From NCBI GenBank assembly GCA_043822065.1, contig JBDRCC010000021.1, positions 1 through 64,000 on the forward strand: 64,000 nucleotides of DNA, given 5' to 3'. Made by a program: the position numbers and the translations under genes. The notes under the pieces were generated by a model. The model saw only the letters and a program-made list of their open reading frames with translations. It did not search any database and had not been told where the DNA came from. This stretch comes from an archaeon (GTDB lineage: Archaea > Undinarchaeota > CAZHTU01 > JBDRCC01). Position 1 is the stretch's first letter. Each line of letters starts with the position of its first letter. Positions 8,969-18,124 of this stretch are shown here, piece after piece.

Positions 8969-9379
8969 ATGGCAGAAAAAATTTTACTTACACACGACCA
9001 ATTGGAAACAACATGGCGGAACTTTGCCAGCTGGGCCGGGTACAACCTTCCCAAGGGGAATGAAGACAAGATCTGCGAGATACTAACCGCTAAGGGCAAC
9101 AAGGAAATGATAGAGCGGTTTGATGCCGTGTTCGACGTAGCAAGCGGGCACATACGAGCAAAAGCTACAGGTACGCGGACGAAGCTCATGATTTTAAAAG
9201 CGTTTTTGTATGTTTATCTGCTAGAGCAGGAACTCACAGCGGACGCCATTGGCATGGCGAGGGTATTCGCAGCCAAGGAACAATACAGCGAAAAAATACT
9301 GCCGCTACTCGACGAAACGTTCGACTACATGGTAAAGGACTACAGCAGACCAACCAGCAACCTGCTGGTGCCGAGATAA
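8969..9379 (+). CDS. Hypothetical helical protein, paralog B
   Basis: Shares motifs with 8480-8875; TTTAAATA box upstream. Confidence 0.75.
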   Translation: MAEKILLTHDQLETTWRNFASWAGYNLPKGNEDKICEILTAKGNKEMIERFDAVFDVASGHIRAKATGTRTKLMILKAFLYVYLLEQELTADAIGMARVFAAKEQYSEKILPLLDETFDYMVKDYSRPTSNLLVPR

Positions 9380-9423
9380 CAAACCTTTTTATTCAAGCCA
9401 GCCCTTTAATGCAGCGAGGTGAG

Positions 9424-9585
9424 ATGATGCCAAAATCAAAAAAGAAGCTTTACCACAAGAAGCACCCAACGACGGCAAAGCCAATAGCCGTAGGGATAAA
9501 GTCCAACATGGAGATTGAGATTGTCTTTAGCAAGGAAGACCTCCCTCTCCTGAAAAAAGCGATAAAGACGCTCGAAAAGGTTTAA
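9424..9585 (+). CDS. Small basic protein (53 aa), not in ORF track
   Basis: GAGGTGA RBS; MMPKSKKKLYHKK...LKKAIKTLEKV. Confidence 0.55.
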   Translation: MMPKSKKKLYHKKHPTTAKPIAVGIKSNMEIEIVFSKEDLPLLKKAIKTLEKV

Positions 9586-9609
9586 GCCAGCTCGCGTTTT
9601 AACCGAAGC

Positions 9610-10908
9610 TTAATAGAAAATTGGTGTATGGCTTAGTTTATCCAATACTTTCCTCGCCTTTTTGGTCATCCTGTACCTTTGTAGAGTTTTCCCCTGTAGT
9701 TTATTCAGCTCGCCTCCACGAATGTATGCGCTCCTTTCGGTTGTCCTCAAATAGCCACCTATAGCCAATTTAGAAAGCCATTTTTCACCCCATCGCCTAC
9801 TAAAACCGGATTGTTTCGAGAGTAGATACTTGTCCACATAACCTTTTTCGTTTTCTACGCAAGCCACATTAGCAATGGCGCGTTCTAAGCCACACCTGAC
9901 ATAGTCATTTTTTAATTTTCTTAGTAATCGCGTCAATCTTTCTTCTTTATCATTATCCGAGAATCCAACCAGTTGTTGGTATCTAATAAGATTGTTCCTG
10001 CGCTGAACACAAATACCCCAATATGTTGAAAAATATGTTGTTCCATCCCTTTGAAAGACTCTTTTCCCAGTTAGGTGTATCCTGCAAGCCCCGATCTCAA
10101 GCTCGCCTAACATAGCCTTTACGTCTTTAAGCAACTCCGGGGCCCATTTCGTATTTTTTTGCGGGTTCTCCAAGATACCCCCAAAAATTCGCTTATCCAC
10201 ATACCTTCCGAGCTTTAATCCAACATAATACGCACTTTTTCCAGAGGAAACGGTTCCTTCATCAGTAAAGAACTGTTTCAAAAATTCTTTTTTTACATCC
10301 TCGCTTGCAATACGTATAAAAAAAGGCACTCTTGGGTTTGTTTCTCCCTTAGCCCCCCCTCTTAAACCAAGTCTTGCGAGTATCCTCCCAGCAATCGTTG
10401 GAAAATTCACAGTATAATGCGCCGGATCCTCTACTAACTCTATCCCCCCAAAAATCTCTCGGCTGGCTTCCATTATTTTTTTTCTCGCCGCCTTTTTAGT
10501 ATTCGTGTAGCTTACTCCACCCCCTCTTTTTATAGTTCCGTCCCCTAAAACAGCCGCAATAAAACATGCGCCTGCACTGTTTTTCAGTTCAAACGGGAGT
10601 TTTGGGTCCCTTATGCCTTTCCCCGTCCGCGTGCCTATCCATTCAACAGCGTCTTCAAATCGCCTGGGGAATATTTTTTTGAATTCTTCTAGTCTAGATA
10701 GTTTCTTAATGGTAGATAGGGCAACCCGGTCATACAAATAAATCCCCCCCACAACGGATTGCGGTAGCCCGGTCCTTTTTTCAATTTCGGCGCGACTATA
10801 CCTTTTTTTTAATGATTGTCTAAATCTGTCGTAGGTTTTTCTTTTGGGTATTATGTAGGTAGTGCTGGCAGGAAGTTCCCAAAGGCGGACTTTACCATTA
10901 GCTGACAT
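9610..10908 (-). CDS. Free-standing LAGLIDADG endonuclease-like protein with C-terminal wHTH
   Basis: FIAAVLGDG and FLKQFFTDEG motifs, VGF...K..RL; no intein splicing blocks; AT-rich. Confidence 0.85.
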   Translation of the reverse strand: MSANGKVRLWELPASTTYIIPKRKTYDRFRQSLKKRYSRAEIEKRTGLPQSVVGGIYLYDRVALSTIKKLSRLEEFKKIFPRRFEDAVEWIGTRTGKGIRDPKLPFELKNSAGACFIAAVLGDGTIKRGGGVSYTNTKKAARKKIMEASREIFGGIELVEDPAHYTVNFPTIAGRILARLGLRGGAKGETNPRVPFFIRIASEDVKKEFLKQFFTDEGTVSSGKSAYYVGLKLGRYVDKRIFGGILENPQKNTKWAPELLKDVKAMLGELEIGACRIHLTGKRVFQRDGTTYFSTYWGICVQRRNNLIRYQQLVGFSDNDKEERLTRLLRKLKNDYVRCGLERAIANVACVENEKGYVDKYLLSKQSGFSRRWGEKWLSKLAIGGYLRTTERSAYIRGGELNKLQGKTLQRYRMTKKARKVLDKLSHTPIFY

Positions 10909-10939
10909 ATTTATACTACTATTACTTATTTTATTTTAT

Positions 10940-11740
10940 ATGCTTATTGATACACATGCGCACCTAACACTTAAGAACTTCAACAAGGATCGCGAGACCG
11001 TCATCCAGCGCGCAAGGCAGAAGCTTGAGTTCGTCGTCGAGGTCGGCGTCAACTTCCTGACAAATGAAAAGGCGCTAGCACTCGCGTCTTCCCACGCTGA
11101 TTTCATACACCCGTCTTTAGGCCTCCACCCGATGGACTCCTCGCCGGAGGAGGTCGAAAAGGTCAGCGCCCAGATTATGGAGCACAAAGACCAAATCATC
11201 TCAGTCGGCGAAATCGGCCTGGACTACCACCACGAGAAGGACGAGAAAAACCGCGCGGCCCAGCGGGAGACATTCTCCAAAATCCTCGCCCTCTGCGAGA
11301 AGCTCCAGAAGCCGGTCGTCACCCACACCCGCGAGGCAGAAAAGGACTCGCTTGAAGTCCTCTCCTCCTACAAGCTCAAGTCCGTCATAATGCACTGCTT
11401 CTCCAACAATGCGCTCGCCGGCGAGTGCCTCGACCGCGGCTACTGGATTTCCGTCCCGACCACAGTTTGCTTCGCCCAGGACAAGCAGGAGCTTGCAAAA
11501 GCCATCGGGCTCGAGCGCCTCCTCCTGGAAACTGACGCGCCGTTCCTCTCCCCCATCCGCGCGAGCAGGAACGAGCCGATATACGTCGAAAAGTCCGCAA
11601 TGAAGATTTCACAAGTATTAAATACGACCTTTGAAAATGTCTCATCCAGGACCACCCAAAATGCGAAAGAGGCTTTCAATTTCAAGGCTTACAAAGCAGC
11701 CAAGCCCCCCGGTAGCGACAATCCTCCTCATACTAATTAA
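10940..11740 (+). CDS. tatD: TatD family nuclease
   Basis: DTHAH, GLHP, GEIGLDY, H.R, HCF, ETDAPF motifs. Confidence 0.92.
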   Translation: MLIDTHAHLTLKNFNKDRETVIQRARQKLEFVVEVGVNFLTNEKALALASSHADFIHPSLGLHPMDSSPEEVEKVSAQIMEHKDQIISVGEIGLDYHHEKDEKNRAAQRETFSKILALCEKLQKPVVTHTREAEKDSLEVLSSYKLKSVIMHCFSNNALAGECLDRGYWISVPTTVCFAQDKQELAKAIGLERLLLETDAPFLSPIRASRNEPIYVEKSAMKISQVLNTTFENVSSRTTQNAKEAFNFKAYKAAKPPGSDNPPHTN

Positions 11741-12500
11741 CATACTCTTCTTCTACTACCTCTCAAGCACCCTGGTCGGCACGCCGAGCGACGTCTACCC
11801 CTACGCCCTGAAGTACTCCCGCCCGCTTACCTATTTCACCTACTCCTTCGTCCACCTCTGGCCGGTCCACCTTTTCGCAAACCTGCTCTTCCTCAGCCTC
11901 TTCGGCGCAATCATCGAGTCAAGGATGGGCCCGTACCGTTTCCTGATGTTCTACTTCGTCGGCGCGATAGTCACTGGCCTCCTGGCGCAGGCGGTCGACT
12001 ACGCAACCCTCGGCAGGCTTTTCGTCATCGTCGGCGCGAGCGGGGCGATATTCACCCTCCTCGGCGCGGCAATCGCCGTCCGCCCAGTCTTTTCGCTCGC
12101 CGCCTACCTGATCCTCGGGCTTGTCGTCGTGCCTTATGGCGTTTCCTCCACAGTCCACGCCCAGCAGGAGCTCTCCCTCGCGGAGGCGCAGGCGGGCCAG
12201 GCAGTTGCAGAGCAGAACATTGAAATCGCCCAGGGCCGCTACGAGTCAGGCTACATCTCCGAGCCGCAGATGCAGGAGATAGTGGCGGAGAACACAGAAA
12301 TCAAGGAGCAGGCGGAATTCATCATCGTAAGCGTCCAGGAGGCGCAGACAAGGGAGCAGTACGTCAAGACCGCGGAGTCGACGCACGCAATCGGGCTCTT
12401 TGTCGGGCTGATACTCATCCTAGTCATGGAGCCAGGGATCCTCAAGGACTGGGAGCGCAGGGCAGAGCTGATTGTCCGCTTCTTCGAGCGGCTCCGATAA
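11661..12500 (+). CDS. Rhomboid intramembrane serine protease with hydrophilic insertion
   Basis: H....HLFAN, GASG, and late H..G motifs; start uncertain. Confidence 0.85.
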   Translation: MRKRLSISRLTKQPSPPVATILLILINILFFYYLSSTLVGTPSDVYPYALKYSRPLTYFTYSFVHLWPVHLFANLLFLSLFGAIIESRMGPYRFLMFYFVGAIVTGLLAQAVDYATLGRLFVIVGASGAIFTLLGAAIAVRPVFSLAAYLILGLVVVPYGVSSTVHAQQELSLAEAQAGQAVAEQNIEIAQGRYESGYISEPQMQEIVAENTEIKEQAEFIIVSVQEAQTREQYVKTAESTHAIGLFVGLILILVMEPGILKDWERRAELIVRFFERLR

Positions 12501-12536
12501 CAAAAGTATTTAAACAAAAATAGTTTCATGCTAGCT

Positions 12537-13067
12537 ATGGGGCTTTCTGACCTGATAGACAAGGTAAAAGACAAGGCGTCGTCGATAAAGGATATGCTCC
12601 CATTCGGGAAAGATGACGACGACGAAGACCTTGACGAGGGCATGGGCGAGGACCTGTCCACTGGCGCGAAGGAGCCAGAACCAGAGCCGGAACCAGAACT
12701 CGAACCAGAGCCAGAACCTCTGCCAAAACAGGCGCCCCCTCAAATTCAGCCCACACCACAATCCATAACGCCGATTACCCAGCACATTGAGCCGCCGACG
12801 CCGGTTCCGCCCTCGCGCGATGCGGACGGGCTAAACAGCAACCTCGCCAACCTCGCAAGCCGCTTGGACACGCTCATCTCAAAAATCGACTCCATGCGCA
12901 ACGAGATGGAGACACTCGAGACGCAGTCCGAGCTCCACAAGTCGCTCCTCAAGACCTACGACTACCACGTCAACGAGATTTCCAGGAAGCTCGACCTGCT
13001 CGAGCAGCAGCACGAGACAATCTGGGGCGAGCTGCCGAAACAGAAAACGAAAATACCGGAGCCATGA
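12537..13067 (+). CDS. Acidic/proline-rich protein with C-terminal coiled coil
   Basis: D-rich tract, (EP)n repeat, heptad region. Confidence 0.75.
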   Translation: MGLSDLIDKVKDKASSIKDMLPFGKDDDDEDLDEGMGEDLSTGAKEPEPEPEPELEPEPEPLPKQAPPQIQPTPQSITPITQHIEPPTPVPPSRDADGLNSNLANLASRLDTLISKIDSMRNEMETLETQSELHKSLLKTYDYHVNEISRKLDLLEQQHETIWGELPKQKTKIPEP

Positions 13068-14584
13068 AGGCAATTGCTCTATCTGCAATCCTCATTATCG
13101 CGCTTTTTTCAGCCATTGCCATAGCTGCTGTCTTAGGGGACAAGGACTACTGCAGCACGGCAGTTTGCTCCGCTGGCGAGGGGGACTGCGATTCCGACTC
13201 CCAGTGCGCATCCGGCCTGGTATGTGCGATAAACAGCGGCTCTAATTATGGCATGCCTCAAAACTATGATGTCTGCATAAACCCAGCGGTATTTGATGCC
13301 GTGGGCGGAGCCTACAATGGCAATGAGGCGTACTGCAGTCTGAAGGCCCTTGTGGGGCAGAAATGCGCCGAGGGGCAGGGCGACTGCGACTCGGACGACG
13401 AGTGCCAAAGCGGATTAATCTGCGCCCTTGACATAGGCGGGAGGGTTTTCGGCGTTGGCGAGGAGAAAACCGACGTGTGCACCGCCCCGGCAAACCTCCA
13501 GAGCGGCGACATGGACTTCTGCAGGGCGAGGGTTCTCCTTGGGCAGAAATGCGCCGAGGCCGAGGGCGACTGCGACTCTGACGCCGAGTGCATCAGCGAC
13601 GCTGAGCACAACACCACATGCGTCCCAGACAACGGCGCGAAATTCGGCTTCCTTGGCCATATCGATGTTTGCGCAACGCCGACTACGCCGGAGACCAAGC
13701 CACCAGTCCAAAACGGGACCCAGCCAACGTCAAACATCACACGGACCGACTACACCACCTCAACAACCCCCAGCATTATCCACAATCGCGTTTTCTCAAT
13801 CTTCTACGACCCAGGCACCGAGAAGATGTTCGTCGGGCAAGAAATATCCGGTGTCGCAGTCATCGACCTCACCGACAACTCACGAGCAGTTTACCGCGCA
13901 TCCACAACCCCCGGGCTTGATGGTCTAGGGGATGCCGTCCGTTCGGTCTTCTACGACCCAGGCACAGAAAAAATGTTCGTCGCGGTAGAGCTAGCAGGCG
14001 TAGCCGTCATCGACTTTACAGACGGCTCAGAAGCCTACTACACAACCACCACAACCCCAGGGGTTATTAACATGTGGGCCACCTCAGTCTCCTACGACCC
14101 AGGCACCGAGAAAATGTTTGTGGGAACCCAGGATGGATTAACAGTCATCGACCTCACCGACAATTCAACAACCAACTACAGGACCACCACAACCCCCGGT
14201 ATTCTTCATAACATTGTCTGGTCGGTCTCCTACGACCCAGGCACCGAGAAAATGTTCGTCACGACAGGGAGCGGAGTAACCGTCATCGACCTCACCGACA
14301 ATTCAACAACCAACTACAGGACCACCACAACCCCCGGAATTATTAACGATTGGGTCCTTTCGCACTTCTACGACCCGACAACCGAGAAATTGTTCGTAGG
14401 CACGGTACTAGGACTAACCGTCATCGACCTCACCGACAACTCAAGGACAGACTACACAACCTCCACAACCCCCGGAATTATTAACAATCTCGTCAAGTCG
14501 GTCTCCTACGACCCAGGAAGCGATCGAATGTTCGTCGGAACACAGCTGGGCGTAACCGTCATAAGCTTCGGGGAGGCGCCATAA
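13064..14584 (+). CDS. Secreted protein: three Cys-rich GDCDSD repeats plus six-blade beta-propeller
   Basis: Signal peptide; three C..[GA][EQ]GDCDSD..C repeats; six ~46-aa YDP.T.K.FV repeats. Confidence 0.85.
   Translation: MKAIALSAILIIALFSAIAIAAVLGDKDYCSTAVCSAGEGDCDSDSQCASGLVCAINSGSNYGMPQNYDVCINPAVFDAVGGAYNGNEAYCSLKALVGQKCAEGQGDCDSDDECQSGLICALDIGGRVFGVGEEKTDVCTAPANLQSGDMDFCRARVLLGQKCAEAEGDCDSDAECISDAEHNTTCVPDNGAKFGFLGHIDVCATPTTPETKPPVQNGTQPTSNITRTDYTTSTTPSIIHNRVFSIFYDPGTEKMFVGQEISGVAVIDLTDNSRAVYRASTTPGLDGLGDAVRSVFYDPGTEKMFVAVELAGVAVIDFTDGSEAYYTTTTTPGVINMWATSVSYDPGTEKMFVGTQDGLTVIDLTDNSTTNYRTTTTPGILHNIVWSVSYDPGTEKMFVTTGSGVTVIDLTDNSTTNYRTTTTPGIINDWVLSHFYDPTTEKLFVGTVLGLTVIDLTDNSRTDYTTSTTPGIINNLVKSVSYDPGSDRMFVGTQLGVTVISFGEAP
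13744..14570 (+). repeat. Intragenic ~138-bp tandem repeats (6 units)
   Basis: Recurring CTACGACCCAGGCACCGAGAAAATGTT and GTCATCGACCTCACCGACAA blocks. Confidence 0.9.
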
Positions 14585-14604
14585 TGGGGCGCCGCTTACC
14601 TTGC

Positions 14605-14943
14605 ATGCCAAAGCACAAGCGGGCAGCCATCGAAATAGAGACCGTAGTAGTGCTTTCCCTTGCCGTCATAGTCCTGCTACTCGTCGGGGTATTTTTTTCC
14701 GGGGGCTTACGCGCCGCCGGCTCCAAACTCCTGAAGTTTTCAGATACGGCGGTCGGCAACACGGCTGAAAAAGGGAGCGCAATCAGTTGCAATTTCTGGT
14801 GCTTAGATGTTGTTGCTGGGCTGGATGTCAGAAAGCTGCGGCCCCTCAGCTGCATGTGCCCAGGCGAGGACGCGGATGTTCTCCTGCGGGAGGGCGCGTT
14901 AGAAAATAATGAAGGCGGAACCCTGACTGACGAAGACCTGTAG
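14605..14943 (+). CDS. Type IV pilin-like protein with class III signal peptide
   Basis: Basic KHKRA, then AIEIETVVVLSLAVIVLLLV hydrophobic helix; C-terminal Cys residues. Confidence 0.65.
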   Translation: MPKHKRAAIEIETVVVLSLAVIVLLLVGVFFSGGLRAAGSKLLKFSDTAVGNTAEKGSAISCNFWCLDVVAGLDVRKLRPLSCMCPGEDADVLLREGALENNEGGTLTDEDL

Positions 14944-14957
14944 CTGATGCAGCATAA

Positions 14958-15239
14958 TTAGAAATACTCGTCCAGGTTCTTTACCTTCTCGCCAATTTTT
15001 CCGCTTATGTCCACCACTCGCTTGTCCCTGTGCAGGCTTCCCTCCTCGTATGTCTGCCCGCCGAGGTTGTGGATGCTGGCGTGGGTGTTTTTCATGTAAT
15101 TCGCAATCCCGATTGCCCGCCTGCCAGCGGTCTCAATCGCAGTGGAGGCGTCCTTGTAGTTCGCGACCCACACAATCTTGTGGACCTCCGGCTCGCCCTC
15201 CTCATGGACATAGATTTCCACGTTATAGTTCGGCATCAA
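14958..15239 (-). CDS. Hypothetical protein
   Basis: 93-aa ORF with plausible composition. Confidence 0.55.
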   Translation of the reverse strand: MMPNYNVEIYVHEEGEPEVHKIVWVANYKDASTAIETAGRRAIGIANYMKNTHASIHNLGGQTYEEGSLHRDKRVVDISGKIGEKVKNLDEYF

Positions 15240-15284
15240 ATAGCTAAAAGCTTAGCGCGTATTTAACTATAATGGGTCTAAAAA

Positions 15285-15656
15285 CTAGGAGCCGGGGCAG
15301 TTGCAGTCGCATATTACGAATGCGCCATTCTTCGCTATGTACTCTGCCGGCAGCGGGGCAGGTCCGTAGTAGGTAGTGTCTGCTGGCGGGCAGCCGCACT
15401 CCGCGCGCACGTAAATCGCGGAAACCGCCGGCGCAAGCTCGCCGCTTTCCAGGACCTTGCAGCATTCTGTCCCAGCCTCAGCCGACGTCTTTGGGCACGT
15501 GTCTAAGTCGCCCTCTCCCCCGCCGATCACATCGGCATTTAAATCCCAGAAATGCGGGGTGTCGAAGTTTAGGGTGAACAGTATGCCACCCATGACGCCG
15601 GCAAAAATGAGCCACGACAGAAGCCGCTTGTACTCTATGGTGCCCGGGCGCTTCAC
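15285..15656 (-). CDS. Single-TM protein with Cys-rich extracellular domain
   Basis: TM helix followed by 8 Cys; start uncertain. Confidence 0.6.
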   Translation of the reverse strand: MKRPGTIEYKRLLSWLIFAGVMGGILFTLNFDTPHFWDLNADVIGGGEGDLDTCPKTSAEAGTECCKVLESGELAPAVSAIYVRAECGCPPADTTYYGPAPLPAEYIAKNGAFVICDCNCPGS

Positions 15657-15779
15657 AGCATCAAGCGCCTCTTTTTTCAGCTCTTTTTCGTTTGGCGTAG
15701 TAATCTCTCTCCTGCACCCAATAAACGCGCAGCCTCTTAAATACCTTGCTATAAGCCAATGGCCCAGGCCGTCATTCCG

Positions 15780-16187
15780 TCAGCGTTTGGCTGGGCGCCG
15801 CCCGGTATCATGCTTTTTAGAATAAATCTTGATTGCCTCGGTTATCATCCCTTTGGGTATATAGCTATACTTTTTCCCCCTGTAGCTAAAAGCCCTGCAA
15901 TTTACTGGATGGCCAGCCAATTGGCAGCAATCCCGGCAATGGCTGGTTTTTAATTTTGAATTTTTATTTACCAGCTTTTCAATATCTACACCATTAATCA
16001 GAACAGACGGTGAAAGGCCGATTTTTGACTCCGGCAGCCTTGTCTCTTTTAGGCAGATCTCCAAGCCTGCGGCGCTTATGGCTTCTTTCAGCTCCTTCAG
16101 GGATAACCTTACAGACGTGTCTGTGGAAGCACACCTCTCGCACGCAGTTTTATCGTAGTACAGGAACTCTACAGTTATCATGCCCAA
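15780..16187 (-). CDS. DUF2703-like thioredoxin-fold metal-binding protein
   Basis: CERC..T, SPS..ING.DIE, C..CC, CR.F.Y.G..Y..IP motifs. Confidence 0.75.
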   Translation of the reverse strand: MGMITVEFLYYDKTACERCASTDTSVRLSLKELKEAISAAGLEICLKETRLPESKIGLSPSVLINGVDIEKLVNKNSKLKTSHCRDCCQLAGHPVNCRAFSYRGKKYSYIPKGMITEAIKIYSKKHDTGRRPAKR

Positions 16188-16250
16188 TACCTATCGCGCC
16201 CAACTCCCTGTTCTGGCGTTTAAGCCTCCGCAGATGATGCTGGAAAAGAA

Positions 16251-16323
16251 TAGCCCCGAGCAGATTCGAACTGCTGTCGAGGGATCCAGAGTCCCTAATG
16301 CTTGACCACTACACCACGGGGCT
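16251..16323 (-). tRNA. tRNA-Gln(CTG)
   Basis: AGCCCCG acceptor stem; AGGGA-CT-CTG-GA-TCCCT anticodon arm; GTTCGAATC T-loop. Confidence 0.95.
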
Positions 16324-16366
16324 ACGTGTGCATCTTTATTAATTAGCGCCCTTTATAAGATTTCGC

Positions 16367-17119
16367 ATGAAGCTGGCAAATTTCGCGAGCAGGTACCGGT
16401 TCTATTTCCTCTACGCAGCCCTCTTCCTCCTGCTCGCCCTGAGCATCGGCCCCTCCCTCATGGTCCACATCAGGATAATCTTCAGCCTTTACGGGATATC
16501 ATACGTCCTGAAGTACCAGTGGTGGGCGATGGCAATCTACATCCTCATCTTCTCCTCCGCAGCATTCTTCCTCATGCACCACCCTGCAAAAAAGGGCGAA
16601 TGGAAAAAGCATTCCCTCTACGTCGCGTTCATCGCCGCCCTGTTCACGGAGATGTTCGGCTACCCACTGACAATCTACCTCCTCTCCCCCCTCCTCCCGG
16701 CATCCCCAGCCCAGCAGGCTCCGCCTGTCGTCTTCTCAAGCTCATTCCTCGGCATGCCCTACCAGCTCGAGCTCAACACCTTCGTCGGGTTAGCCGTCTC
16801 CGCCCTCGCAGGCGCGCTGATAATCCTCGGCTGGAAGCGGATATACAATTCCGCGTCCCTCGTCACCGACGGAATCTACTCAGTCGTGCGCCACCCGCAG
16901 TACACAGGCATCATGCTGATAATCTCCGTCTGGGCGCTGGTTTGGCCGACGCTCCCGACCCTTGTCCTCTGGCCAGTCCTCATCTTCGCCTACCGCAGGC
17001 TCGCCCTTTCAGAAGAGGCTGACATGGTTGCGAAGTTCGGAAAGGCTTATACCGAATACAGAAAAAAAGTCCCGGCATTCCTCCCGTACCTGAAGCCAGC
17101 AGAAAGCCGGCGGTGTTAG
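16367..17119 (+). CDS. Isoprenylcysteine carboxyl methyltransferase (ICMT/PEMT) family membrane protein
   Basis: LVTDGIYSVVRHPQYTG, EE....KFG..Y..Y...VP.F motifs. Confidence 0.85.
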   Translation: MKLANFASRYRFYFLYAALFLLLALSIGPSLMVHIRIIFSLYGISYVLKYQWWAMAIYILIFSSAAFFLMHHPAKKGEWKKHSLYVAFIAALFTEMFGYPLTIYLLSPLLPASPAQQAPPVVFSSSFLGMPYQLELNTFVGLAVSALAGALIILGWKRIYNSASLVTDGIYSVVRHPQYTGIMLIISVWALVWPTLPTLVLWPVLIFAYRRLALSEEADMVAKFGKAYTEYRKKVPAFLPYLKPAESRRC

Positions 17120-17152
17120 ATTTATATATCTCCCAGCTACTAATAGTGCAGG

Positions 17153-18115
17153 ATGAATGGCGGGGCTATACTCGTTGCAGTTGTTCTGTTTTTAGCAGCT
17201 ACCTCCATTCTGCATGAATTTACAACCTACAACTACACCGTGCCACAGCCCGAAGGCGCCGGCGAAGATCTGACAATAGGCGGCGGGTCAGACGAGCCAG
17301 CAGCCGATGAATTTGAACCAGTCGATGAACCGGATGAGCCAATAACCAGCGATGCGCCGCCAGAACTGCCCGCAACATTGCTGTTTTCAGACGACTTTTC
17401 AGCATCCCTTGACAATTGGAAAATTTCAGCGGCTCCAAAAATCATAGACGGCGCTGTAAGCTCCGATTCCTTCGTAATAGAGACCTCAACCAGCTTTCCA
17501 AGCAAAAATGGGATAGAGCTCTCCTTCGACTTCCTCTCCCCAAGCAACCCCAGTGGCACATTTACGGTAACCTTCGTAGAAAAGACATTCGCCTCCAATT
17601 ATGCCAAGTTTTATACCGTCACCCCTACCGGAAACCTGGGTTATCACATATATGGGCATTGCGTAACCCCGGCCCCCTTAGTCCATAATCAAGCCGGCCC
17701 AATAGACGGCAACTTTCACTCGTTCATCTTTAGGGCGCACACAAACGGGTCTGCGGAATGGATTCAGGACGGGTACGTGCAATTCCAAAGAAATAACTTT
17801 GATATAGACGGGGATTACACGCTCATGCTGTCCGGCAGTTCATTAATAGGAAGCGCACAACGCGATGAACACAATGTATTCATAGATAATATCAAAATAG
17901 CATCATTAAACGAACCTACCTCGTCCTCCGACATCTGCAAAGCCATTTCGCCCACCCCCGCCAAAAACCCCTGCCCCTACGGCGATTGCCTTTCAAACGG
18001 AATTTGCTGCTCGTCCTATAGCCCCTACTACTGTGAAGGTCATTGTTATTCATCAAGCAACGCCGCAATGTCAGCAAGCCAGGGGAGATGCGTCAACTTC
18101 AGGATAGTCTGCTAG
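17153..18115 (+). CDS. Secreted or anchored beta-sandwich (LamG/lectin-like) protein with Cys-rich tail
   Basis: N-terminal TM, LLFSDDF...W and IDNIKI strands, 8-Cys C-terminus. Confidence 0.65.
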   Translation: MNGGAILVAVVLFLAATSILHEFTTYNYTVPQPEGAGEDLTIGGGSDEPAADEFEPVDEPDEPITSDAPPELPATLLFSDDFSASLDNWKISAAPKIIDGAVSSDSFVIETSTSFPSKNGIELSFDFLSPSNPSGTFTVTFVEKTFASNYAKFYTVTPTGNLGYHIYGHCVTPAPLVHNQAGPIDGNFHSFIFRAHTNGSAEWIQDGYVQFQRNNFDIDGDYTLMLSGSSLIGSAQRDEHNVFIDNIKIASLNEPTSSSDICKAISPTPAKNPCPYGDCLSNGICCSSYSPYYCEGHCYSSSNAAMSASQGRCVNFRIVC

Positions 18116-18124
18116 GCGGAAAAA

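Noticed and set aside
12672-12720. GAACCA/GAGCCA hexamer repeats as a contingency locus
   Set aside because: Degenerate in-frame (Glu-Pro)n linker.
13744-14570. Conserved blocks alternating with variable segments, resembling a CRISPR array or DGR template/variable repeats
   Set aside because: The repeats are in-frame propeller blades; differences are not adenine-restricted; no cas or reverse transcriptase gene in the window.
13064-16323. Integrated element at tRNA-Gln
   Set aside because: No integrase and no duplicated tRNA 3' end were found.
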